Origin: an uncultured Bacteroidota bacterium
GTDB lineage: Bacteria; Bacteroidota; Bacteroidia; Bacteroidales; VadinHA17
Assembly (NCBI GenBank): GCA_903824785.1
Contig: CAIJYD010000078.1
Span: forward strand, 37,365-101,364
Reading direction: 5' to 3'
Length of the DNA stretch: 64,000 nucleotides
Part shown: positions 10,187 through 20,909 of the stretch, one piece after another
Position numbering within the stretch: the stretch's first letter is position 1
How the letters are laid out: every line of letters begins with the position of its first letter
Position numbers and translations under genes: made by a program
The notes under the pieces: model-generated
The model's database searches: none
What the model was told of the DNA's origin: nothing
What the model saw: only the letters and a program-made list of their open reading frames with translations

Positions 10187-11233
10187 ATGGCAAAAATTGA
10201 TTTTGGCGGAGTAGTAGAAAATGTAGTAACAAGAGAAGAATTTCCACTTTCAAAAGCCCGCGAAGTTCTTAAAAATGAAATCGTTGCAGTAATAGGCTAT
10301 GGCGTTCAGGGACCAGCCCAGGCTCTGAACATGAAAGATAACGGCATAAATGTTATAATCGGACAGGCTCCCGAGTTTAAAGCCGATTGGGACAAAGCTG
10401 TTGCTGATGGTTTTGTACCCGGAATAACACTATTCCCTATTGAGGAAGCTGTAAAAAAAGGTACAATAATCCAGTATCTTGTATCAGATGCTGCCCAGCG
10501 GATTATTTGGCCTCAGCTTAAACCATGTCTCAAAGAAGGAGATGCCCTATATTTCTCTCATGGGTTTTCAATCACTTATAAGGAGCATACCGGAGTTATC
10601 CCACCTGCTTATGTTGACGTAATTCTTTGTGCTCCAAAAGGATCAGGCACAAGTGTAAGACGCAATTTTCTTGCCGGTGCCGGTATTAATTCAAGCTATT
10701 CGGTTTTTCAGGATTTTACAGGAAAAGCTGAAGAACGTACAATTGCGCTTGGCATTGCCATTGGCTCAGGATATCTCTTCCCAACCACTTTTGAACAGGA
10801 AGTTTACAGCGACCTTACAGGTGAGCGCGGTGTTCTTATGGGAGCATTGGCAGGTATCATGGATGCCCAGTACCAGGTACTCCGCGAAAACGGACACAGC
10901 CCGTCTGAAGCATTTAACGAAACTGTTGAAGAGCTGACCCAGAGTCTTATAAGGCTTGTTGACGAAAACGGGATGGACTGGATGTATGCCAACTGTAGTG
11001 CAACAGCCCAGCGCGGGGCACTCGACTGGCGCCCTAAATTCAAGGCTGCTACCCTTCCTGTATTTACTGACCTTTATAAAAAAGTTAAATCTGGAGAGGA
11101 ATGTGTCAGAGTTCTTGATTCGACAGGAGCAGCAAATTACAAAGAGGTTCTAAACGGTGAACTTAAAGAACTCGGCGATTCAGAAATGTGGAGAGCGGGT
11201 GCTGCAGTAAGGAAACTGAGACCGGTGAAATAA
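10187..11233 (+). CDS. ilvC: ketol-acid reductoisomerase (class I)
   Basis: 348 aa. It has the Rossmann motif VIGYGVQGPAQALNMKDNG and the conserved SHGF and LTGERGVLMG (E. coli: EQTILCG) regions. Confidence 0.95.
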   Translation: MAKIDFGGVVENVVTREEFPLSKAREVLKNEIVAVIGYGVQGPAQALNMKDNGINVIIGQAPEFKADWDKAVADGFVPGITLFPIEEAVKKGTIIQYLVSDAAQRIIWPQLKPCLKEGDALYFSHGFSITYKEHTGVIPPAYVDVILCAPKGSGTSVRRNFLAGAGINSSYSVFQDFTGKAEERTIALGIAIGSGYLFPTTFEQEVYSDLTGERGVLMGALAGIMDAQYQVLRENGHSPSEAFNETVEELTQSLIRLVDENGMDWMYANCSATAQRGALDWRPKFKAATLPVFTDLYKKVKSGEECVRVLDSTGAANYKEVLNGELKELGDSEMWRAGAAVRKLRPVK

Positions 11234-11258
11234 TTACTTTTTATAATAACTGATAAAA

Positions 11259-12752
11259 ATGGACGATAAGATCATTATTTTCGACACCACCCTCAGGGAT
11301 GGAGAACAGGTACCGGGTTGCCAGTTGAATACAATTGAAAAGATTGAGGTAGCTCAGGCACTTGAAGCCCTTGGGGTAGATGTGATTGAAGCCGGCTTCC
11401 CAATCTCAAGTCCCGGAGATTTCAAATCAGTGGTCGAAATATCAAAGGCTATTTCAAATCCTGTGATCTGTGCTCTTACACGGGCCGTTAAAAAAGATAT
11501 TGAAGTGGCTGCTGAAGCCCTTCAGTATGCAAAAAGGAAAAGGATTCACACAGGAATTGGCACATCTCCTTTTCATATTAAATACAAGATCAAGACAACT
11601 CCGGAGGAGATCCTCAAAAGAGCAGCTGATGCAGTAAAATACGCCAGAAAATTTGTAGATGACGTTGAGTTCTATGCAGAAGATGCCGGAAGAAGTGATA
11701 ACGAGTTTCTTGCAAAAGTCATAGAAGCTGTAATAAAGGCAGGCGCAACCGTTGTAAATATCCCTGATACAACCGGTTACTGTCTTCCCGAAGAATACGG
11801 ACAAAAAATCAGGTATCTGAAAGAGAATGTTCCTAATATCGACAAAGCCATCATCGCAACACATTGCCATAACGATCTTGGAATGGCAACAGCCAATACA
11901 ATGATGGGTGTCATTAACGGAGCCCGGCAGGTTGAAGTGACAATAAACGGAATAGGCGAAAGAGCCGGAAACACCTCTCTTGAAGAGATTGCAATGATCA
12001 TCAAGAGTCACCACAGCCTCAATCTGAGAACCGATATTAACACCAAACTGATCTACAGCACCAGCCGTCTTGTCTCAAACCTGATGAGCATGCCTGTTCA
12101 GGCCAATAAAGCTATTGTAGGCAGAAACGCTTTTGCCCACTCTTCAGGGATTCATCAGGATGGTGTTCTGAAAAACAGGGAAAACTATGAAATTATTGAT
12201 CCTGTTGAAGTTGGGATAAGAGAATCTTCAATTATTCTTACTGCACGCAGCGGCAGAGCTGCCCTCAATCACCACCTCGAACTTCTCGGATTCAAATTCG
12301 GCAAAGAGGAACTTGACGATATTTACTATCGCTTTCTACTGCTTGCCGATAAGAAAAAAGAGATCAACGATGAGGATATAAGAATTCTTGCCGGTGTAGT
12401 TTTTCAGGGTGAAAAATCGCTGAAACTGGATCTGCTTCAGGTCTCTTGCGGAAAATCATTAATACCGGTAGCAACTGTCGGACTGAAAATAAATGGAGAG
12501 GTTCATTTTTCCACCGCTTCAGGAAACGGTCCAATTGATGCCGCATTTACAGCTGTTAAACACCTGATCAGCAAAACAGTACATCTCGAGGAATTCCTGA
12601 TACAAGCTATTACAAAAGGAAGCGATGACCTTGGGAAGGTGCATATCCAGGTAGAGCATCAGGGAAAAACCTATTACGGATTCTCTGCCAATACCGATAT
12701 AATTACAGCATCGGTTGAAGCTTTTATTGACGCTTTAGCTAAAATACAATAG
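11259..12752 (+). CDS. leuA: 2-isopropylmalate synthase
   Basis: 497 aa with [27 protein letters not shown] and a C-terminal LeuA dimerisation/regulatory domain. Confidence 0.92.
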   Translation: MDDKIIIFDTTLRDGEQVPGCQLNTIEKIEVAQALEALGVDVIEAGFPISSPGDFKSVVEISKAISNPVICALTRAVKKDIEVAAEALQYAKRKRIHTGIGTSPFHIKYKIKTTPEEILKRAADAVKYARKFVDDVEFYAEDAGRSDNEFLAKVIEAVIKAGATVVNIPDTTGYCLPEEYGQKIRYLKENVPNIDKAIIATHCHNDLGMATANTMMGVINGARQVEVTINGIGERAGNTSLEEIAMIIKSHHSLNLRTDINTKLIYSTSRLVSNLMSMPVQANKAIVGRNAFAHSSGIHQDGVLKNRENYEIIDPVEVGIRESSIILTARSGRAALNHHLELLGFKFGKEELDDIYYRFLLLADKKKEINDEDIRILAGVVFQGEKSLKLDLLQVSCGKSLIPVATVGLKINGEVHFSTASGNGPIDAAFTAVKHLISKTVHLEEFLIQAITKGSDDLGKVHIQVEHQGKTYYGFSANTDIITASVEAFIDALAKIQ

Positions 12753-12870
12753 ATGTTCTGAAAGTTAATAAATCTCTCTGAATACTCTCTGCTCCTCTTG
12801 CCGCATCACTGTTCTTTTACAGAGGTACCGGAATGAAGGTTCAGGGATAAACCAGAAAAAACAGCAAATA

Positions 12871-14295
12871 TTGAAAGCAAAAACACTTTTTGACAAAATC
12901 TGGGATGGACATGTGGTACGTTCCATTGAGGATGGTCCGGATGTTCTTTACATCGACAGGCATTACATCCACGAAGTTACAAGTCCTCAGGCATTTAATG
13001 GTCTGAAGGAACGTGGAATCCAGGTTTTCCGACCCGGAAATACCATTGCAACCGCCGACCATAATATCCCCACAAAAGATCAGCACCTCGAAATCCGCGA
13101 TCAGTTATCAAGGAATCAGGTTGAAAGACTTAGTGAGAACTGCACCAAATACGGAATTGAATTATTTGGCCTTAACCATTCCAAAAACGGTATTGTCCAT
13201 GTTATCGGTCCGGAGCTTGGCTATACTCTCCCCGGTATGACGATTGTCTGCGGCGATAGCCATACTTCAACCCATGGTGCATTCGGGACCATTGCCTTTG
13301 GTATCGGAACAAGTGAAGTCGAGATGGTTCTTGCAACGCAATGCATACTTCAGCCAAAGCCAAAGAAGATGAAAATCACTGTTAATGGTAATCTTCATAA
13401 GGGAGTGACATCGAAAGATATTATAATGTATATCATCGCTTCCATCTCAACCGGTGGTGCAACAGGTTATTTTGTTGAGTTTAGCGGTTCGGCAATTACC
13501 AGTCTTACTATGGAAGCCCGAATGACAATTTGCAACATGAGCATTGAAATGGGTGCACGTGGAGGATTAATTGCCCCTGATGAGATTACATTCAGTTATC
13601 TGAGAAAAATTACAGCAATACCCGGCGTAACAGACTTTGAGAAATCGCTGGAACAATGGAAAGAACTTAAAAGCGATCCGGATGCCGCTTTCGACCGCGA
13701 ACTGGAATTCGATGCTTCTTTAATAAAACCGATGATTACTTACGGAACCAATCCCGGAATGGGAATGGCTGTCGACAGTTCAATCCCATTAACAGATGGA
13801 GATAATAAGGAAGCATCTGCTTCTTTTTTGAAATCGCTTGATTATATGGGATTTAAACCCGGCATTAAGCTCCTTGGACAACCGGTGGATTATGTATTTA
13901 TCGGAAGTTGCACAAATGGCAGAATAGAGGATTTCAGGGAATTTGCCCAGATCATCAGGGGAAGAAAAAAAGCAGCTAATATAACTGCTCTTATTGTCCC
14001 CGGGTCCAAAAAAGTAGAAGAACAGATGGCTTCCGAAGGGCTGATGGAAGTTTATAAAGAGGCCGGTTTTGAAGTAAGACAACCCGGTTGCTCATCATGT
14101 CTTGCAATGAACGAGGATAAAATACCTGCCGGGAAATATGCCGTTTCCACATCAAACAGGAATTTCGAAGGAAGACAGGGCCCCGGTGCAAGAACCTTGC
14201 TGGCAAGTCCTTATACTGCAGCAGCTGCTGCAATAACCGGAAAAATATCCGACCCACGCGAATTTATTACAGAACTAAACAACGTCAAAAAATAA
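12871..14295 (+). CDS. leuC: 3-isopropylmalate dehydratase large subunit (apparent TTG start)
   Basis: 474 aa with [13 protein letters not shown], aconitase-family Cys motifs ([15 protein letters not shown]). No in-frame ATG lies near the conserved N-terminus, so TTG at 12871 is the probable start. Confidence 0.92.
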   Translation: MKAKTLFDKIWDGHVVRSIEDGPDVLYIDRHYIHEVTSPQAFNGLKERGIQVFRPGNTIATADHNIPTKDQHLEIRDQLSRNQVERLSENCTKYGIELFGLNHSKNGIVHVIGPELGYTLPGMTIVCGDSHTSTHGAFGTIAFGIGTSEVEMVLATQCILQPKPKKMKITVNGNLHKGVTSKDIIMYIIASISTGGATGYFVEFSGSAITSLTMEARMTICNMSIEMGARGGLIAPDEITFSYLRKITAIPGVTDFEKSLEQWKELKSDPDAAFDRELEFDASLIKPMITYGTNPGMGMAVDSSIPLTDGDNKEASASFLKSLDYMGFKPGIKLLGQPVDYVFIGSCTNGRIEDFREFAQIIRGRKKAANITALIVPGSKKVEEQMASEGLMEVYKEAGFEVRQPGCSSCLAMNEDKIPAGKYAVSTSNRNFEGRQGPGARTLLASPYTAAAAAITGKISDPREFITELNNVKK

Positions 14296-14301
14296 TCTGA
14301 T

Positions 14302-14904
14302 ATGGCAAAAGTTAAATTTGATATTCTCGAATCAACCTGTGTGTCGATTCCATTCGAAAACGTGGATACAGATCAGATTATCCCGGCACGGTTTTTAAGC
14401 GCTACTTCAAGAGAGGGGTTCGGAGATAACCTTTTCCGCGACTGGAGATACAAAAAAAGCGGTGAACCCAATGAAGAGTTCATTCTGAATAACCCAAAAT
14501 TCGGCGGAAAGATACTTGTTGCCGGAAAAAATTTCGGTAGTGGCTCCAGCCGGGAACATGCTGTATGGGCCATTTTCGACTACGGATTCCGGGCAGTTGT
14601 ATCGAGCTTTTTTGCCGATATATTCATGGGAAATTCCCTTAATAACGGTCTTCTTCCAATTGTAATTTCAGATGAGCTGCTGAAAAAGCTTCACTCCCTT
14701 ATTCAGAAAGACCCTTCTACAAAGATTAACATAGACCTTGAGAAACAACTATTTACAATACTTTCCACCGGCGATTCAGTAAAATTCGTGATTAATCCGT
14801 ACAAAAAAGAATGTCTTCTTAAAGGACTTGATGATATCGATTTCCTGTTAAGTATGAAAGATTCAATTACAGGTTATGAGAACAATAAAAACATGGTAAG
14901 ATGA
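14302..14904 (+). CDS. leuD: 3-isopropylmalate dehydratase small subunit
   Basis: 200 aa with the GKNFGSGSSREHAVWA aconitase swivel-domain motif. Confidence 0.92.
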   Translation: MAKVKFDILESTCVSIPFENVDTDQIIPARFLSATSREGFGDNLFRDWRYKKSGEPNEEFILNNPKFGGKILVAGKNFGSGSSREHAVWAIFDYGFRAVVSSFFADIFMGNSLNNGLLPIVISDELLKKLHSLIQKDPSTKINIDLEKQLFTILSTGDSVKFVINPYKKECLLKGLDDIDFLLSMKDSITGYENNKNMVR

Positions 14905-16442
14905 GAGTTGAAATAATGGATACTACCCTCAGGGATGGAGAACAGACTCAGGGTGTCTCCTACTCACCGCTGGAAAAACTCCATATTGCCAAACTGCTCC
15001 TTAAAGATCTGCAGGTCGATCGTATTGAGGTGGCATCGGCAAGAGTCTCAACCGGAGAATTCGAAGCGCTGAGTAAAATTACCGAATGGGCCCGCCACAA
15101 CAACCTCCACCGGAAAGTTGAGGTACTTGGCTTTGTTGACGGAGATATTTCACTCAACTGGATTAACGATGCAGGAGGAAAGGTTATCAATCTCCTTTGT
15201 AAAGGATCGTTAAGACACCTTGAGAAGCAGCTTCGCAAAACACCGCAACAGCATGTCAATGATATTAAAAACATAATAAGAAAGGCAGAATCGCTTGATA
15301 TGCAGGTCAATATCTATCTCGAAGACTGGTCGAACGGGATGATTAGCTCGGAAGAATATGTGTTTTTTATGCTCGATTCCCTCATAGATGAGAACATTGA
15401 AAGATTCATGCTTCCTGATACACTGGGAATCCTTAACCACGAACAGACCTATAAATTCTGTAAAAAAACAGTTGACAGATATCCTTCAGTTCACTTTGAT
15501 TTTCACGCACATAACGATTACGATCTGGCTGTTGCAAATGTATTTGCGGCAGTAAAAGCAGGTATAAAAGGAGTTCATACCACCGTTAACGGTCTGGGCG
15601 AAAGAGCCGGAAATGCACCTCTCTCAAGTGTGATAGGCGTTCTCCGCGATCAGCTGAATGCCGAAATGGAGATCAACGAATTCGAGATAACCAAAGTAAG
15701 TAAGATAGTTGAGACATTCAGCGGAATACGCATCCCTGTCAATAAGCCGGTTATCGGTGAGAACGTTTATACGCAGACCTCCGGTGTTCACGCTGATGGT
15801 GACAGTAAAGACAATCTCTATTATAACAACCTGCTCCCTGAGCGGTTCGGAAGAAAAAGGAAATATGCTCTCGGAAAACAATCGGGTAAAGCAACAATCA
15901 GAAAAAACCTGGAAGAATTCGGACTATTCCTTAATCCTGAATCGCTTACCAAAGTAACACAGAGAGTAATTGAACTGGGCGATAAAAAAGAGAATGTTAC
16001 ATCAGAGGATCTTCCCTTTATCATTGCAGATGTACTTGGATATGAGCAATCTAACTATAAGATATTTATAAAGAACTATTCCCTCTCACTCTCTTACGGG
16101 TTAAAACCTTCAGCAAATATCCAGATCGAAATTGATGGTAATTTATATCAGGAAACCTCTTCAGGCGACGGGCAGTATGATGCGTTTATGAAAGCCTTGA
16201 GAATAATTTATGACAAGCTTGGGAAACAATACCCGATACTTACCGATTATGAAGTATCAATACCTCCCGGTGGAGCTACTGATGCATTTGTTGAAACAGT
16301 AATCACCTGGGATTTTAACGGGAAAGAATTCAAGACAAAAGGGCTGGATGCCGACCAGACTGAATCGGCAATAAAAGCAACTGAAAGAATGCTGAATATC
16401 ATTGAGAATAATGAACTTACTTCAAAAAAAATAAATCATTAA
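14901..16442 (+). CDS. LeuA-family paralog; candidate (R)-citramalate synthase
   Basis: 513 aa with [14 protein letters not shown] and HAHNDYDLAVANV (DRE-TIM metallolyase family). Its ATGA start overlaps the leuD stop. It is a second family member in the same operon, so the function is inferred. Confidence 0.7.
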   Translation: MRVEIMDTTLRDGEQTQGVSYSPLEKLHIAKLLLKDLQVDRIEVASARVSTGEFEALSKITEWARHNNLHRKVEVLGFVDGDISLNWINDAGGKVINLLCKGSLRHLEKQLRKTPQQHVNDIKNIIRKAESLDMQVNIYLEDWSNGMISSEEYVFFMLDSLIDENIERFMLPDTLGILNHEQTYKFCKKTVDRYPSVHFDFHAHNDYDLAVANVFAAVKAGIKGVHTTVNGLGERAGNAPLSSVIGVLRDQLNAEMEINEFEITKVSKIVETFSGIRIPVNKPVIGENVYTQTSGVHADGDSKDNLYYNNLLPERFGRKRKYALGKQSGKATIRKNLEEFGLFLNPESLTKVTQRVIELGDKKENVTSEDLPFIIADVLGYEQSNYKIFIKNYSLSLSYGLKPSANIQIEIDGNLYQETSSGDGQYDAFMKALRIIYDKLGKQYPILTDYEVSIPPGGATDAFVETVITWDFNGKEFKTKGLDADQTESAIKATERMLNIIENNELTSKKINH

Positions 16443-16454
16443 CATACTTGACAA

Positions 16455-17522
16455 ATGGATTTTAAGATCGCAGTTTTATCGGGAGACGGGATAGGCCCGG
16501 AAATAATCGACCAGGCAATAAAAGTAATTAATGCTCTTGGTAAAAAATTTAACCACAACTTTCATTTTACCCACGGGTTAGTAGGTGCAGTGGCAATTGA
16601 TAAAACTGGCAACCCGTTACCCGCCGAAACGCTTGACCTCTGCAAATCGTCCGATGCAGTTCTGTTTGGTGCTATCGGCGATCCGAAATACGATAATAAC
16701 CCTGCTGCCAAAGTTCGACCCGAACAGGGTCTGCTTGCAATGAGAAAAGAGCTCGGGTTATATGCAAACGTTCGTCCCGTGACAACATTCCCATCCCTGA
16801 TCGATAAATCACCGCTAAAAAAAGAGATTGTTCAGGGCGTTGACATAATGATGATAAGGGAACTTACCGGAGGTATCTACTTCGGCAAACCACAAGGCCG
16901 GTCGGAAGATGGTAATACTGCTTATGACTCATGTGTTTACAGCCGTTTTGAAGTTGAAAGAGTGGTAAGGCTTGCCTGTGAATATGCAATGAAACGTAAG
17001 AAAAAAATAACTGTAGTTGATAAAGCCAATGTACTGGCAACATCGAGGTTATGGCGCGAAACTGCCGGAAATATCGCTAAAGAGTATCCTGAACTTGCAA
17101 TGGATTTCATGTTTGTAGATAATGCTGCAATGCAATTGATTCAGTGGCCGGGAAGATTCGATGTGATAGTTACTGAGAATATGTTCGGGGATATCCTTTC
17201 TGACGAAGCAAGTGTTCTTACAGGGTCGCTCGGGTTACTCCCCTCTGCCTCCATCGGTTTGTCAACTTCCGTTTTTGAACCTATCCATGGCTCATACCCA
17301 CAGGCAGCCGGAAAAAATATTGCAAATCCGTTAGGCACTATTCTGTCGGTCGCAATGATGTTCGATCTGGCATTCAATCTGAAAAATGAGGCAGAAATTA
17401 TCAAAACAGCTGTCGAAAAATCTATTGAAGCAGACTACGTAACTGAAGACCTTAATAAAGCCAATCCAAGATCAACATCGCAGGTTGGCGATTGGATTGC
17501 GGATTACATATTGAAAAGATAA
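16455..17522 (+). CDS. leuB: 3-isopropylmalate dehydrogenase
   Basis: 355 aa with [14 protein letters not shown] and [25 protein letters not shown]. Confidence 0.95.
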   Translation: MDFKIAVLSGDGIGPEIIDQAIKVINALGKKFNHNFHFTHGLVGAVAIDKTGNPLPAETLDLCKSSDAVLFGAIGDPKYDNNPAAKVRPEQGLLAMRKELGLYANVRPVTTFPSLIDKSPLKKEIVQGVDIMMIRELTGGIYFGKPQGRSEDGNTAYDSCVYSRFEVERVVRLACEYAMKRKKKITVVDKANVLATSRLWRETAGNIAKEYPELAMDFMFVDNAAMQLIQWPGRFDVIVTENMFGDILSDEASVLTGSLGLLPSASIGLSTSVFEPIHGSYPQAAGKNIANPLGTILSVAMMFDLAFNLKNEAEIIKTAVEKSIEADYVTEDLNKANPRSTSQVGDWIADYILKR

Positions 17523-17531
17523 TTAAAGTAA

Positions 17532-17564
17532 TTTGTTATAATTATTAAAAATTAATTACCTTTG
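17532..17564 (+). promoter_or_regulatory. candidate promoter (-33 TTTG, -7 TAccTTTG) for the his leader
   Basis: TTTG at 17532-17535, a 21-nt spacer, and TACCTTTG at 17557-17564. The leader ATG lies 19 nt downstream. Confidence 0.55.
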
Positions 17565-17582
17565 CGTTAATAATAATAAAAA

Positions 17583-17636
17583 ATGTATACAACAACATCA
17601 CATCATCATTCTCATACTTGCTCTCAGGCGAGGTGA
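17583..17636 (+). CDS. his leader peptide MYTTTSHHHSHTCSQAR (17 aa; 4 His within 5 positions)
   Basis: ATG 17583 to TGA 17634-17636, with CAT codons at 17601, 17604, 17607 and 17613. It is followed by a terminator hairpin and then hisG. Confidence 0.75.
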   Translation: MYTTTSHHHSHTCSQAR

Positions 17637-17665
17637 AAATGATATGTGCGTAATTAAAATATCAT

Positions 17666-17696
17666 AAACCCGTCTGAGCAGATCAGGCGGGTTTTT
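17666..17696 (+). terminator. attenuator terminator upstream of hisG
   Basis: AAACCCGTCTGA (17666-17677), loop GCAGA, TCAGGCGGGTTT (17683-17694), with a T-run to 17696. One pair is G-U. TCAGGCG in the leader 3' end (17624-17630) duplicates the right arm and can pair with CGTCTGA (17671-17677) as an antiterminator. Confidence 0.75.
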
Positions 17697-17738
17697 CATT
17701 TCCCGGAAGATTTGCTCAGACATATCAGAAAAAGAAAA

Positions 17739-18596
17739 ATGAGTGTACTTAAAATTGCAATTCAAAAAAGCGGACGGCTTAGTGACGATTCAAAAAAACT
17801 GCTCGAAGAATGCGGAATAAAATTCTCCAACGGAGCAGGTGTTCTTATAGCAACTTCAAGGAATTTTCCTGTGGAGCTTCTCTTCCTCCGCGATGATGAT
17901 ATTCCTCAATATGTTGAACAGCAGGTTGCCGACATAGGTATTCTTGGAGAGAATGTGGTTTTCGAAAAAAACAAGGATGTCACCATCATTGAACAGCTCG
18001 GATTTGCTTCCTGCCGGCTGAGCCTGGCAATACCAAAAAAAGAGACATATACCGGTCCGGGGTATTTAATGAATAAAAAAGTTGCTACCAGCTACCCGAA
18101 AATACTGACCGGCTTTCTGGAAAAAAACAACATAACCGCTGAAATTGAAGAGATCAGCGGAAGTGTTGAAATTGCACCCGGTATTGGTCTGGCAGATGCA
18201 ATCTGCGATATAGTAAGCTCAGGAAGCACACTCCTTACCAACGGACTGAAAGAGGTTGAGATTATCCTTAAGAGCCAGGCAGTTATCATTGGAAATAAAG
18301 ATCTCAGCATTGAAAAACAGAAAATACTAAACGATCTTCTTTTCAGGATCAGAGCTGTTAAAAACGCAAAAGAAAACAAATATATCCTGCTCAATGCACC
18401 GGAATCGGCAATACAAAAAATATGCTCTCTTCTTCCGGGTATGAAAAGCCCTACCATCGTTCCACTTGTTGAAAAAGGATGGTGCAGCCTTCATTCAGTG
18501 GTAAAAGAGGATCAGTTCTGGGAAATAATAAATCAGCTGAAAGAGGCTGGTGCTGAAGGCATTTTAGTAATTCCTATCGAGAAAATGATTTTGTAA
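17739..18596 (+). CDS. hisG: ATP phosphoribosyltransferase (long form)
   Basis: MSVLKIAIQKSGRLSDDS... is the typical HisG N-terminus. The ORF-track start at 17712 is a TTG extension, so I prefer the ATG at 17739. Confidence 0.92.
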   Translation: MSVLKIAIQKSGRLSDDSKKLLEECGIKFSNGAGVLIATSRNFPVELLFLRDDDIPQYVEQQVADIGILGENVVFEKNKDVTIIEQLGFASCRLSLAIPKKETYTGPGYLMNKKVATSYPKILTGFLEKNNITAEIEEISGSVEIAPGIGLADAICDIVSSGSTLLTNGLKEVEIILKSQAVIIGNKDLSIEKQKILNDLLFRIRAVKNAKENKYILLNAPESAIQKICSLLPGMKSPTIVPLVEKGWCSLHSVVKEDQFWEIINQLKEAGAEGILVIPIEKMIL

Positions 18597-19885
18597 TGAA
18601 GACAATCCTTTATCCGCAAAATAAGGTCCTCGATGAACTCTGTCAGCGGCCTGAAATTGAGAAAACCGAACTTGGTGCTGTTGTAGCTGATATTATTAAA
18701 AGGGTGAAATCAGATAAGGACGCTGCAATCTCTTATTATTCTGAGAAATTTCACGGAATACCTATCGGTAATCCAAAAGTTTCTTCTGAGGAGATCAGAG
18801 ATTCATCAGCACAAGTCACCGATGAGCTTAAAAAAGCTATAAACACCGCAAAAACAAATATTGAAAAATTTCATCTCTCCCAGCTTATTACAGAACCGGT
18901 TACCGAGACTTTCCCGGGGGTGAAATGCTGGAGAAAAAGTGTTCCGATAGAAAAAGTCGGCCTGTATATCCCCGGAGGAAGCGCCCCTCTCTTTTCAACA
19001 GTTCTGATGCTGGGGATTCCTGCGAAACTTGCCGGATGTAAAAAAATTGTTCTTTGTTCCCCTCCCGGAAAAGATGGAAAAATAAACCCTGTAATTCTTT
19101 ACACAGCTCAACTTATCGGGATAACTGAAATATTCAGGGCAGGTGGTGCACAGGCTATAGCAGCAATGGCCTATGGCACAGAGAGTATCCCGAAAGTTTA
19201 CAAAATATTCGGTCCCGGTAATCAGTATGTTACAAAAGCCAAAGAGATGGTTCAGCTCGATGGCATTTCGATTGACATGCCTGCCGGACCAAGCGAAGTT
19301 TTAATCATCGCCGATAGTTCTGCCAATCCTGTATTTGTTGCTGCCGACCTTCTTTCGCAAGCCGAACACGGACCCGACAGCCAGGTAATTATGATCTCTG
19401 ACAATTTACAAATGATTGAGAGTGTAAAAGAGGAGACCGAAAAACAACTGCAGTCATTGCCAAGAAAAGACATCGCCGGTAAAGCTTTGGATAACAGCAA
19501 ACTGATTCTCTTTAATACATTGGATGAATGTATTGACTTCAGTAACCTCTATGCCCCGGAACACCTTATTATTAATACTTCTGATCCTGAAGCTCTGGCC
19601 GGCAAAGTAATTAATGCCGGATCGGTTTTTCTGGGAACCTATAGTTGTGAAAGTGCAGGAGATTATGCTTCAGGAACTAACCACACTCTTCCTACCAACG
19701 GATCGGCAAGAAGTTACAGCGGTGTCTCAACCGAAAGTTTCCTTAAGAAGATTACTTTTCAGAAACTGAGTCGCGAGGGAATATTAAATCTGGGGCCTTC
19801 TATTGAGCTGATGGCTGAAGCCGAATCGTTATACGGTCACAAAAATGCTGTAAGTGTCAGACTAAAAAGCTTAAAAAATGGTTGA
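18596..19885 (+). CDS. hisD: histidinol dehydrogenase
   Basis: 429 aa with GGAQAIAAMAYGTESIPKVYKIFGPGNQYV and SQAEHGPDSQ. Its start overlaps the hisG stop (TAATG). Confidence 0.95.
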   Translation: MKTILYPQNKVLDELCQRPEIEKTELGAVVADIIKRVKSDKDAAISYYSEKFHGIPIGNPKVSSEEIRDSSAQVTDELKKAINTAKTNIEKFHLSQLITEPVTETFPGVKCWRKSVPIEKVGLYIPGGSAPLFSTVLMLGIPAKLAGCKKIVLCSPPGKDGKINPVILYTAQLIGITEIFRAGGAQAIAAMAYGTESIPKVYKIFGPGNQYVTKAKEMVQLDGISIDMPAGPSEVLIIADSSANPVFVAADLLSQAEHGPDSQVIMISDNLQMIESVKEETEKQLQSLPRKDIAGKALDNSKLILFNTLDECIDFSNLYAPEHLIINTSDPEALAGKVINAGSVFLGTYSCESAGDYASGTNHTLPTNGSARSYSGVSTESFLKKITFQKLSREGILNLGPSIELMAEAESLYGHKNAVSVRLKSLKNG

Positions 19886-20909
19886 TATCAATAAACTGGT
19901 AAGGGGAAATGTTATTAAGCTAACCCCTTATTCATGTGCCCGTGATGAGTTTAAAGGTGATTCAGGCATATTTATGGATGCCAATGAAAACCCTTTCGGA
20001 AATCTGAACCGCTATCCCGATCCATATCAGAAAAAACTGAAGAGTGCCATCTCAAAGATCAAAAATATTTCAGAGGAAAAAATATTTCTTGGAAACGGAA
20101 GCGATGAGATAATCGACCTCGCTTTCAGGGTATTCTGCAACCCCGGAACCGACAAGGCTCTTATCTTTACACCCACATACGGAATGTACGAAGTATCAGC
20201 GTCGGTGAATGATATAATGGTGGTAAAAGTTCCGCTTAACGAGGATTTCCAGATCGATCTTGTAAAAGCAGAGCAGTTCTTTTCTGATAAAACCCTGAAA
20301 ATAATATTTATCTGTTCCCCGAATAACCCCACAGGTAACTGCCTGAATTATTCCGATGTTGAAAAAATTATTGCCGGCTTTAACGGAATTGTAGTTATAG
20401 ATGAAGCGTATATTGATTTCAGTGATAAACCTTCATTTATTAAAATGGTCGATAAATATCCCAACCTCATTGTGATGCAGACCTTCAGCAAGGCATTCGG
20501 ACTCGCTGCAGTGAGGGTAGGAATGGCCTTTTCAAATCCTTCAATAATCACCTATTTTAACAAGCTGAAACCTCCATATAATATAAGTACTGTCAACCAG
20601 AATGCAGTATTGCGAAAACTGAAAAGTATAGAAAAATATAAAAGTCAGGTCGGTAAAATCAAAAGCGAAAAAGAGAGGCTTTCAGCAAAACTTAAAGCAT
20701 TGAAAATAACCAGGAAGGTCTATCCCTCCGATGCTAACTTCATCCTTGTAAAAGTAAAAGATGCTGACTACATCTACAATACATTGGTTCTCAAAAGTAT
20801 AATTGTAAGGAACAGGAGCTCTGTGATCGACAATTGTCTGCGCATCACAATAGGCACCGCTACAGAAAATAATAAGCTTTTAAAAGCATTAAATACAATC
20901 TCAATATGA
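19878..20909 (+). CDS. hisC: histidinol-phosphate aminotransferase
   Basis: 343 aa, a class-II aminotransferase, with LNRYPDP and the PLP-lysine context [14 protein letters not shown]. Confidence 0.9.
   Translation: MVDINKLVRGNVIKLTPYSCARDEFKGDSGIFMDANENPFGNLNRYPDPYQKKLKSAISKIKNISEEKIFLGNGSDEIIDLAFRVFCNPGTDKALIFTPTYGMYEVSASVNDIMVVKVPLNEDFQIDLVKAEQFFSDKTLKIIFICSPNNPTGNCLNYSDVEKIIAGFNGIVVIDEAYIDFSDKPSFIKMVDKYPNLIVMQTFSKAFGLAAVRVGMAFSNPSIITYFNKLKPPYNISTVNQNAVLRKLKSIEKYKSQVGKIKSEKERLSAKLKALKITRKVYPSDANFILVKVKDADYIYNTLVLKSIIVRNRSSVIDNCLRITIGTATENNKLLKALNTISI

Noticed and set aside
11454-12014. 186-aa antisense ORF within leuA, plus similar long antisense or off-frame ORFs (for example 967..1353, 3738..4109, 6130..6516, 21548..21952, 33338..33760, 36888..37259, 40978..41388, 41473..41925, 41958..42383, 44941..45432, 48108..48449 and 60033..60395)
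   Set aside because: All lie entirely inside much longer ORFs that have clear family motifs. Their translations are low-complexity, Cys/Ser/Phe-rich and without recognisable domains. They are typical shadow ORFs.
12833-12850. Mini-ORF MKVQG in the leuA-leuC gap as a possible Leu leader
   Set aside because: It has no Leu codons and no downstream hairpin with a T-tract.
17712-17738. TTG-initiated extension of hisG (MLRHIRKRK...)
   Set aside because: It uses a non-ATG start and is a basic low-complexity stretch. HisG homologs start at the MSVLKIAIQKSGRL-type sequence given by the ATG at 17739.
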